The position numbers were made by a program, and so were the translations under genes. Positions 53,391-64,000 of a stretch of 64,000 nt of DNA are shown here, in pieces; the first letter of the stretch is position 1; each line of letters opens with the position of its first letter. The DNA comes from Eledone cirrhosa. Taxonomy: Eukaryota. The notes under the pieces are model-generated. The model did not search any database, had not been told where the DNA came from, and saw only the letters and a list, made by a program, of their open reading frames with translations. Where the stretch lies: contig OZ024741.1 of the NCBI GenBank assembly GCA_964016885.1, forward strand, positions 62,372,001 to 62,436,000, in the 5' to 3' direction.

Positions 53391-54135
53391 CAGATATTTC
53401 CTAATGTTTGTTGAGTGAGTTGGAATAGGCCGGAGTATCGCTATTAGCTTTCTCAGATTATGTATTTATATATTTACTCTTGGAGCCACAGATATGAACT
53501 TTCCCGATATAAGGTATAACTCTCTTTGTTTATTTTTTATATGAATATTGATTGTTTGTTCCTGTATCTCATTCTGTTATTTTGCCCGAGAAAATATCTA
53601 TATGTGTCATTAAGCGAAGCGCACATATGGTTATGTTTTCATATCCAATTGAGTTCTTAGCCCGTGGCTTGAATTCTTATCAGAATTCAACGACCTGCGC
53701 ATGTATTGTTTTTGGCGGTAGTCTCCTTCCTCCTATTTTCGGAACAGTGTGACATTTTCTTTAGAACTGCTGGACTAACAACCTAGCAGCTCCCTCAAGC
53801 ACTGATGGTGATTATCGCTAAATATTGATGTTGATTTGGTTATCAATATTAATATTATTGGGCACCCACTTGAATCTGTTGATCTTATACACGCTTCTGC
53901 ATAATTTGGTGTAACTTCACCCAACTTGTAGAAATCTTATAATGAAACGAGTCGTCTGGGAAGTGATACATTTGATATATCTCATATGAAATGATACAGG
54001 CAATTTTCCACACAATACAATATAGTTAGCACCCCGAACGTTTAATTAGGAATATACTCAGATATTTCCTAATGTTGAGTGAGTTGGAATTTGGCCGGAG
54101 TATCGCTATTAGCTTTCTCCGATTATGTATTTATA
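53391..54135. repeat. ~80 bp direct repeats bracketing ~590 bp
   Basis: cagatatttcctaatg..gagtgagttggaat..ggccggagtatcgctattagctttctc at 53391 and 54059. Confidence 0.75.
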
Positions 54136-54161
54136 TATATATATATATATATATGTGAATA

Positions 54162-54225
<64 letters not shown>

Positions 54226-54419
54226 ATATATATATATATATATCATCATCATCATCATCATCATCGACAGACGTTAAACGAAGATGATGATGATATATAT
54301 ATATAGCCGGTAAATGTACACTGTTACACTGTACTCGTAATTCAGATGGACAGCCTTGGAGGACACAGAGAATCACACTAACGGTACACCTGACTGTGGA
54401 ATAACCAATCACTTACAAT

Positions 54420-54547
54420 ATAATTGTTTCTACTTTTGGCACAAGGCCAGCAATTATCCCAGTACATTACTGGTACTTTATGTTATCGACCCCGTAAGGA
54501 TGAAAGGCAAAGTTAACTTCGGCGGGATTTGAACTCAGATCGTAAAG
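54420..54547 (-). mobile_element. Nin/Deu SINE fragment
   Basis: Nin domain and B box on the minus strand. Confidence 0.85.
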
Positions 54548-55184
54548 ATAGACTGGACCTGTACATCTACGTCGAATCCCACTACGAATTACAAAAAAAT
54601 TTATACGGAAGCCGAATACTCTAACCAGTTAGCCACGCGGTCTTCACAACTATTGTAGTCACAGGTTTAACTAAAGAAACACTTGAATAATTGCAGACTA
54701 ATTCATCTTTTCAAGATCAAAGAAGAAGAGGTAATTGTTGTCAACAATAGTCTCTTTACAGTAACACGCTCAAAGGTGTGGTTTGGTCTGTGTGTCAGTC
54801 TTTCGTTCATGTGTATGAGTGTGCATGTATGTATGTGTCCGTTTGTGTGAGTGTGTATATGTCTATAAATGCACATGTGACCCAAGTATGCGAATGTGTG
54901 TATATGTGTGAGGTCGCGTATCCCAGTATGTGTCACTGTGTATACCACTGTGCCTATCACTATGTGTATGTATGCGAACATACGCGGGAATGTATATATG
55001 TATGAGTGATTGGCAAGTGTGTCAATATATTAGTACTTATGTGCGTGAGTCTTGTATGTATGTATGTATGTACGTATGTACGTATGTATGTATATATGCA
55101 TACATATATACCATATATTGTGTAGTCCCATTATTAGTGGTCTCATCGGTCCCAGCACCGCAGACTCCCCCCCCCCCCTCTCTG

Positions 55185-55249
<65 letters not shown>

Positions 55250-55251
<2 letters not shown>

Positions 55252-55960
55252 AGAGAAAGTTGGTTGATTTAAAATCAGCCGATTTTTATATAACAAGATA
55301 AGACGGTTACTTTAGTCCATCGCTATTTATTTTATTATACGTATTTCAAAGACGTATTGTTTATGTATAACATCAGTCAAACATGTTCATGCTGGCCGGT
55401 CATTGAAGTGAATAACTCGTCTGACCTCTAACCTATCAAGTATATTTACATCTCCAGTATCTGTCTGTATATGTTTATGTGTATGTGCTTAGTCAATAGG
55501 TCCTTATGAATAATCTAATGGGGTGATTACATATTTAATTTTGGTTTAAATTTGTTAATAAATAGTTTAATAAATAGTTATGTGAAAGAATCTGAGCACT
55601 TATAAAGGAGGAAGATTTTAAAGTTGGGTAGGGTCATTCCTGCACAATCTGCAATATGGCTATTTAAAGGGGTTTTTTCCTGTGTTTACATCTAGCATTT
55701 GTTGGCGATAGATGGTCATTCTTTTGAGTAATGACACACCCGTCTGTCCTATGCAGTTATGTCGACAACCACCGCATGTGATTACGTAGATCAGGTTCTC
55801 TGAGTTGCAAGTGAAGATGTTTTTCAATGTAAACGTTTGGCCATCTTTAAATGTTTGTCCTTTAATAAAGTATAGGCATGTGCCACGGTTTGTTCTTCCG
55901 CATTTTGTTACTGGGTGGATCACGCAGTTTGTCTGAATGTTTAAGAATTTCGTTTTGCAA
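55250..55960 (-). mobile_element. Degenerate PLE 3' fragment (GIY-YIG + UTR)
   Basis: KCGRTNRGTC..FTCNSENLIYVITCGGC..IGQT; decayed family-F-type hammerhead at ~55329-55376. Confidence 0.82.
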
Positions 55961-56327
55961 TCATTACGTTCTGAGTTCGATGCCACTGTTTATCATCTTC
56001 AGTAAGTTTCATTTACCAGAGCTTGCGACCCACTCTTGTGAGTGAAGAAGTTTAGTAGATAGAAACTGTATGAAAGTCTGTCGGATGGACTATAGCTATA
56101 ATTCAATGTGTTAGTCATGCCGCACATCCTGTCAGGCTGAATCTGTTTGAGAATTTTGTTAGCAGTTCTAGGGACTTCAGGGAAAAGACGACATCAATTT
56201 TCTTATACACTGATGTTGCTGACCTTGAACCGGTAAAAAAAAGCAGTAGGATTCAAGGTGGTGTAACGATTTCTTTATTAAGCACAAATGGTTTACACGA
56301 AGAAAACATTAAGGACAGCATTAATAG

Positions 56328-56515
56328 TAATTGCTACTATTTTTGGCACAAGGCCAGCAATTACCCAGTACATTACTGGTACTTTATTTTATCGACCCCG
56401 TAAGGATGAAAGGCAAAGTTAGCTCGACGGCATTTGAACTCAGACCGTAAAGGGACGTAACTATGCTAGAAAGCATGGCGTCCAACCCTCTACCGATACT
56501 GCCAATTCACTGCCC
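56328..56515 (-). mobile_element. Nin/Deu SINE, full length
   Basis: All family motifs present on the minus strand. Confidence 0.85.
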
Positions 56516-56527
56516 TAATAATAATAA

Positions 56528-58812
56528 AACCCATGACGAAGAAATAATTGGTTGGCACCCGGCAGGATGTAGCTCGGTCACAGGCAGGATGAACTCACTA
56601 ATCTTGGTTGATAACCGTCCTAGCGATGGTACATTGAACAAAATTACCTCTTGGCGGTGAAAGTTAAAATGCACAAAGAAACAATAAAAACTCCGGTGAT
56701 ATCTACAGACAAACACACATAGCGGATCGCTCATATCCGGTGTCCCTCGGGGAGAAATCAGCTTAGGGTCGAAACGTTTGCAGCTGAAACGAGCTCTTCT
56801 CCAAATATGGACTTGGCTTGTCACTTGAACGAGTGTGATCTGAACACAAGCCCTCCAAGTTCAGCACCACAAAGATGACAAAAACTAAACGTATAATATG
56901 GACGCTAAAAGAATATAATGAAGTAATATATGAGTTCTATCGCTCATTGGGCAAAACATCGGTATCAAAACACAGTAATTTCTTTTATGATATGGAAGGA
57001 AAGAAATAGAGAAATGAGACCAAACCTGGACGAAAAAAAAAATTGTATATAGGTAAGAAGAGATATTCTAAGAAACAAGAGACTAACAGATGCAGAGGTA
57101 AATGAAATTAAGAAGAATGTTGAAAAATATTTGAGAATACCAATATCAGAAAGGAATGGAATTGAATATGTGACAAAAGAAAAATCACAAAACTGCCGTT
57201 GGCATTAAAGAAAGCTAACAAATGGAAATCTTTTGGCATTGATGAAGTGCCAGATTTCTGGTTACCTTCTCTAACTGCTACCCATCATGTGTTGGTAAAA
57301 TGTTATAACGAAACTATGCACAACCCTGAGAGGTATAACATATCTCTGGTCAAAACCACAAGAATCAAATATTCTAAACCCTTATCGTTCTATCATTTGC
57401 AATCTCATACCATACAATATTCTCTCCTCAATTGAGACAACCTACAAATTTATGGATAAGAATCGCTTTTTGCTTATCCAACAGAAAGGTTTCCGCCGTG
57501 GGCCTTTCGGTTGCAAAGACCAACTTCACATTAACCGTATAGTTCTGGAAAATTGTGATAACAAGCACAGAAGTTTGAGTACTGATTGAATTGACAACAA
57601 AGAATATTTGACAGTGTTCCCCACTCATGGATTTAAAATCCTTTGGATGTTCTGAAAATTTCCACAGTAGTATCAAACTTCCTGAAATATAACATGTTTG
57701 TATGAAATAGGAATTTACCACTATCACACAGTGATGGAACTATAAATTCCATCACCATAAGCATTAACTGTGATATTTTTCAAAGGGATTTTTATCCTCT
57801 GATATTTTGCAGTGCACTCATACCGCTGTCTCTAGCGCTCAACAAAACAAAATATGGTCATAAAATAGACAGCAAAACCATAATTCAACTGTTGCATATG
57901 GATAACCTGAAACTGTGTGCCAAAACTGACAGCGAATTGGAATGACAGTTGATGATGTATGGATGGAGTTTGGATTGGAAAAATGCGCAAAAGCAACATT
58001 CAAGCAAAGCAGAAATCCATTGGAAATAGATCTGGATTCATAATTAAGGAACTAGAACAGGATAAAACCTACAGATATCTAGTGAGAAATGAAGGCCAAG
58101 GAAATCCTGCTTGAATATTCTACAATTAAAGCTGCCAAAAACAAAATGTTGGCAAAACATGAAGGTCAACGGAAACTATGCACTAAATTGGAGCAAAAAC
58201 CACTGCTTAGGCAGTATGTTCTCCGTAGCAAAGTACCTGATGTAAATAAAATTCTCACCCATCATTGGCTGCGAAGTTTTGGGCTAAAAGCAGAGAGTGC
58301 TAGCTTCATTTTGGTTACACTACCAATGACTTTCAATGCTCAACTTTCAAGTCGAAGTGATCAGAAATGGAACTGATCCAAAGTGTCGATTCTGCGATAA
58401 GCATGTTGTGGCCATTGATCACTTGGTTTCAGGCTGAAAAGTATTAGTTCCCTGTGATTAGAAAAAAGGCATGATAGAGTAAGGAAGTATTTACAGTGGA
58501 TAATATGCAGCGTTGATTGTATAAAAACATGGAAATGGTGCAAACATCACCCAGATGCAGTAACAAGAGACGAGAATGTGCCAATTGTATGGGATTCTCC
58601 GGTGAATACTGACAGAACAATCAACGCCAAGAGACCTGACAATTGTAAAGGACCATAAAGAGAAACCATGTTTCTTAATTCCATCAGATTGTAACATTTC
58701 TTCGAAAGAGTTCCGAAAGAACAGTAAATATAAAAATCTGACAATTGAAATTGAGAAAATGACGCCTTTTAAAACAATACCAGAGATAGTCGTTGCACTT
58801 GGAATGATAGAA
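56528..58812 (+). mobile_element. Highly degenerate R4/Dong-clade LINE
   Basis: WTLKEYNEV, NKWKSFGIDEVPDFW, IFQ.DF.PL.FC.AL, LHMDNLKL, HHWLRSFGLKAES, ILWD...TDRTINAKRPD; starts after (TAA)n. Confidence 0.8.
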
Positions 58813-58819
58813 ATATGCG

Positions 58820-58913
<94 letters not shown>

Positions 58914-58916
58914 CGT

Positions 58917-59006
<90 letters not shown>

Positions 59007-59184
59007 GTGTGTTTAATTATGTAAAGCTAAAACTCTACTAAATTACATCTATTAGATTCAAGTTTCAGATTTCCCGCCGCGTGCGATCGCTGAGACAACA
59101 AAAACCATATTTGGAACGATGACACGCATGAACGGTGGCACGTGGCGGGAAATCTAAAAGTACTTGTAGTTGAGTTATAGTGAA

Positions 59185-59470
59185 GGCACCTGGCTTAGTG
59201 GTTAGACTGTTGACTCGTGATTGTGGAGGCGTGCGCTCGATTCCCGGTATTGTGTTTAATCCTTGAGCAAGACACATTATTTGCTGTAGTTCCAATCAAT
59301 TAAGCTGGCAATAATGAGCCATGTCTGTACTTCAAAGCTCAAGCCTTGTCACACACACGCGCGCTGTCAAGCTGAATATCCCTCAGAAATACGTTACGGT
59401 TACACGTGTGTATGGAATGCTCAGCTATTAACTGTGCAATACAAGATAGACTGTACCTTCAATTTAAATA
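59185..59470 (+). mobile_element. tRNA-derived SINE
   Basis: TGGCTTAGTGG A box, GCTCGATTCCC B box, TCCTTGAGCAAGACAC motif. Confidence 0.75.
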
Positions 59471-59596
59471 GCAAGCATTACCACATGCTATGTTAAGCTG
59501 AAGATTTCTACGTTACGGGTGCACGTGCCTATGGAAATACTCAGGTTAATTTCATGAAGAGGCTGATTGAAGGATTAAAACAGGTCTAGCACATAC

Positions 59597-59629
<33 letters not shown>

Positions 59630-59820
59630 AACACACACGCACGCACAACACACATACATACACACGTCCATACCCAAAAACACACACAAACACACACGCA
59701 CGCACAACATACATACATACATACACAGAGACCAACAGAGACATACACAGACACACGCACATACACAGAATCCTAAGTTATAGATGAGTTGTCGTGCATT
59801 GAATACACTTGCACTATCTC

Positions 59821-60045
59821 TTAACCCTTTAGCATTCAAATTGGCTGTATCCGGCCAGAATTATTTCACTTCTGCTGTTCAAACCGGCCATAACCGGCCA
59901 CTCATACCAATGTTAAAGTATTGTTCTTAAAATGAATATCAAAATCTCATAAATTTGATATTATGTGAGATAATAATGTAAGATAAAGCCTTTACTGCGA
60001 AAATACAATAGTATATAGAGAATAATGCAAATGCTAAAGGGTTAA
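59821..60045. mobile_element. piggyBac-type MITE
   Basis: TTAA|CCCTTTAGCATT ... AATGCTAAAGGG|TTAA. Confidence 0.85.
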
Positions 60046-61699
60046 CGGAAGAGACCGATTTGGCAGAGCCGTTAGAACGTTGGACAAGGCTGTATTGCTT
60101 TACAATGGTAACTAGGCTGGCGGTTAGGAACCCCTACACGGAATAGAAGTATAGAAGACCCGCGGGGAATAGGGGTCCCCGAGAGAATAGTGGATCGTAA
60201 TTTTTTTCTTGCCGTTGACTTGATATCTGCGCCAAAGAATTTTAATCTATAATAATCTTTATCAATTCATAACTACCTGTATTAATTAAATATGCCGCTC
60301 CTGGCTGTTAGCTGCCGTGGGGTAAAAGATTGAACTGTGACAGGGGGACGGGGCAGACCATGGTTTAATACGGTTCGTGTTGTCAGCTGTAGAGGTGTGA
60401 AAGACTGAAGTGCTAGAAAGACCTAAAACCAAAGGATTAATGCGACCCCGGCTCTCAGCTGCAGTGGAGTGAAAGTTTGAAGTATCATAACGGGCCCGAA
60501 AATTTCGAAATCCTTTCGACCCGGCTATGGATATTTGTTTCTGTGCACTTTAGTTCAAATCCTATTGAAGTCCATATTGCCTTTCATCCATATGGCGTTA
60601 ATAGATAAAATATCACCGGCACCGCTGTTGCAACTCTCTCTCATTCCAGCTGTCGCATCTTGGGAATTTCACTGGATCAAAGGAGGGAAGGTCGAGAAAT
60701 TGTCTGTGTCTGCTCACCACTGCAAGTCATATTCGATTACAAGTGACGACTATAGTTACACACACACACACACGTACGCACATACACATGCACGCAAACA
60801 CACAGCATACATAGACAGCCACAAACATACATACACACACATGCACACATACATACAAACATACATACATACAAACACACACACACACACACATGCATAC
60901 ATACATACAGACATTCATACATACAAACATAGATACATGCATACATACAAACATACATACATACAAACATATATACACCCATGCATACACGAATATATGT
61001 ATGTGTGGTGTTTGTAAGTGTGCGTATGTGTGTATGTGTGTGTAGTGTAGTGTTTCGTATTGTTTAGTGTTAGCATATGGTCGAAAATACGCGCATATTT
61101 AATTCTGGGTATGTAGCTAATACTTTCGATATGTGGGATAAGGTTTCGATTAGACAAATAGGTTATTACAAGTTATCACTTGAGCTAGTTCGCTTTCTGG
61201 TAGTTGAGTATGGGGTTAGTGTGTGTCTATATAGCTGGTCAGGTTTCTAGGGGATATCGGTCGGTTGTGGTTCGTGAAGGTTGTACAGGTTATGTGTGAG
61301 TACTATACCAATTATCTAATGGGGTTGTAGTTGCTGCACAGTGACAGAGTGATTACGTTATATGTCAGCTGCAGTCTGATCTCATCCGTCGTCCTATACC
61401 TGTGTTTGATGCACGTTATTTGTCGTTTTCTCTAAAGAGGTGGAGAATTGTTGTAAGGGAAGTCTTTGATTTTAATTTATGGCTACAGTCCTAGTGATCG
61501 TGGTGAGGACGCTAATAGTCTTTTGCATTCCATTCAATAAATATTTTCTTGTTCTTATTTTTCTTACTGATCTCGGTCTTTGGACTACGGCCAGACGGGG
61601 GAATCGCCTTGAAGGAATTTAGTCAATCAATCAATATATATATGTGTATGTGTGTGTGTGCGTGTGTGTGTGCGCGCGCGTGTGTGTGTGTGTGTGTAT

Positions 61700-62462
61700 G
61701 ACAGCTCACACCTATGCAGGTTTAGCTGGCCTCCTCCTAGGTATATCTCGTTGGAGGTTTCTTGGGTAATTTAATGATAGGGACCCCAGTCGTATCAGCT
61801 CATTTCTACAGCTGAGTAAACTGGAGCAACGTGAAATAAAGTGTCTTGCTCAAGGAAACAACACATCACCCGGTCCGAGAATTGAACTCACAGCCTTTCG
61901 ATTGCAAGCCCAATGCTCTAACCACTAAGCCATGCGCCTGTGTGTACATGATGAGCTTCTGTAGCTTCGATCTAACAAATTTCATTCACAAATCAATCTG
62001 AAGCAATAATAGGAGACACTTGTCCAAAATAGCGTGGAGTGAGACTGAGCCCTAAACCTCTTAGTTGCGAATCAAAGTCCTTAACACCACAATAAAGGCC
62101 TCTACCTGGCCAAGTACATAGGATGTTGGACTCCCAGTCGTAAGGTCGTGGATTCGATTCTTTGATCAGATTGAGCCTTGTTTTCCTAGATACTATCAAT
62201 AAAGCAAACAAGCAACACAATGGGGGTCAGTTAATCAGGCCTAAGTGCAAGCTGTAACAACAACTACATGACAGGACAGGGTCCCCTATCATTAAAAGAA
62301 ACAAGAACTCACCTATGAGATAGAACTTCATTTGAGGCCAGCTAAACCTGTATAGTTGTGAGTAGTAACAACTACTACATAATAGAACTGGGGTCAATTT
62401 TATTAAAACAAACCGAAACCTCTTATCGTAGGCCAGCTAAACAATGATACGCATGAGCTGTA
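61700..62462. mobile_element. Divergently oriented tRNA-SINE copies
   Basis: Minus-strand copy 61700-61938 with A/B boxes; plus-strand copy from ~62105 sharing the ggccagctaaacctg tail. Confidence 0.65.
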
Positions 62463-62631
62463 AATATCTAAATATTTATTCTAACTGGGCATTACGTGGA
62501 GTCTTCGCTTCTAAGCAAACTTTCAAACAAACGGGGTGGTCACGACTGGAAGTCTGGAAGTCCTTTGATTATAGGTCTGCTCCAACGGGGTTCATTTGAA
62601 CTTGAGCTAAACAACAGAAACAACATTAATG

Positions 62632-62646
62632 CTACTACTACTACTT

Positions 62647-62682
<36 letters not shown>

Positions 62683-62683
62683 T

Positions 62684-62715
<32 letters not shown>

Positions 62716-62716
62716 G

Positions 62717-62766
<50 letters not shown>
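62632..62766. repeat. (TAC)n microsatellite
   Basis: Direct reading. Confidence 0.95.
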
Positions 62767-63064
62767 TTGAACCAGCTGAGCAGAAACATTGGACAACTGT
62801 TGCAACAATTGAGATAAAAGAGGGGTTATTTTGTACAAAAAGGTGGGTGAGTGAGGGTGACATGGGTGGGAAGGGGTGTTATCTAGCTGAGTGCCTGTCT
62901 GTTCCATTATCAGTCTTACAGATCTTCGTTTAATCATACGATCGTCGCCTACACTCCACCACCCTGCCCTCTCTACCCTTCACCACCACCTATTGACTTT
63001 CCCTTTCCTCTACTTTCTCATCCAGCTCCCCGACACACTCACTATACATACATATACATACACG

Positions 63065-63623
63065 ATGAATTTGTTTTGCGAGGTTTTTTATATGAAATCG
63101 TGTGTCGAAACAGATATTGTTATACTTGGGCGGCGGGGGGGGGTATATTGTAATAGTATTGCTAGAAATAACAGACCACACTCACTGTTTGGCTAGTTTT
63201 CGCTTCTGTATCTTTTATATCTCCATAGTTAATTCATTCAGCAATCAATGTTTATCATTGACTGACCAACGGTCAAAACTACAGATATGAATACACATAT
63301 ATAGTCTAACAAAGTTCTTTCGTTGCACATCTGCAACATCATAATTTCTGAAAAAATGGCGTAGACATACAATACAACAGGAGGAAATATAATAGTACCA
63401 CTGATGGTGTTGCAGATGTGCAACGAAAGAACTTTGTTAGACTATATATAAGTATTTATATTTGTATTTTTGACCGTTGGTCAGTCAATGATAAACATTG
63501 ATTGCCGAATGAATTAACTATGGAGATATAAAAGATACAGAAGCGAAAACCAACCAAACAGTGAGTGTGTTCTGTTATTATTTCTGGCAATATTATTACA
63601 ACAATATAACCCTCCCCAAGTAT

Positions 63624-63630
<7 letters not shown>
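63065..63630 (-). mobile_element. Fold-back PLE-terminus element (family C-related, ~230 bp arms)
   Basis: 63114-63341 / ~63403-63630 inverted; ~50 nt tail; hammerhead at 63396-63440 (A9G). Confidence 0.85.
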
Positions 63631-63695
<65 letters not shown>

Positions 63696-63841
63696 TATAT
63701 TTAAAAGTTAAACAAGGTTCAATGAATAAATCAAAGAATGAGTTTTACAATAGATTGGAAGTACTCAACAGCTTTGGTTTTCCAGAGTTATTAATATTAA
63801 TTCAAAATATTAACAAAATAGATATTCTTGTGATCAAGTAT

Positions 63842-63906
63842 ATTTTATTATACATATTTCAGAGGTACTGAGTTAACTTCAACAGTACGTCCTCATCAGA
63901 TAAAAT
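63842..63906 (-). ncRNA. Type I hammerhead with long stem II in a PLE terminus (63700-64000)
   Basis: attttat-CUGAUGA-ggacgtactg..cagtacctct-GAAA-tatgta-UA-ataaaat. Confidence 0.8.
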
Positions 63907-64000
63907 AAGATGATGCATGACATACCCTGACATAGTAGATGGTTAAGATTCAGTCATGGTAGTGAGTAATATATGACAAAACTCAATATTTATATACCTT

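Noticed and set aside
60430-60475. Twister-like TAATGCG..CCGG..GGAG string
   Set aside because: Lacks the conserved P4/loop sequence and pseudoknot pairing.

Overview
AT-rich, microsatellite-dense animal genomic DNA with no convincing host protein-coding gene. The SINE families and repeat density suggest a cephalopod such as Octopus (inference). Most ORF-track entries are simple-repeat translations. The real content is decayed retroelements: RTE/BovB fragments, a near full-length L1-Tx1 LINE, two R4/Dong RLE-type LINEs and three Penelope-like (PLE, RT + GIY-YIG) elements. There are also many tRNA-derived Nin/Deu and V/Meta SINEs, Tc1/mariner and piggyBac MITEs, and probable Helitron derivatives. 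The most striking feature is more than 20 type I hammerhead ribozyme motifs from about 10 sequence families. They include U3:A8, U4A, core-insertion and long stem II variants. Many sit in small non-coding fold-back elements (inverted arm + arm + 55-105 nt tail) inserted in (TA)n/(CA)n tracts, reproducing the terminal architecture of the coding PLE at 30.3-34.5 kb. All coordinates and folds were read by eye.
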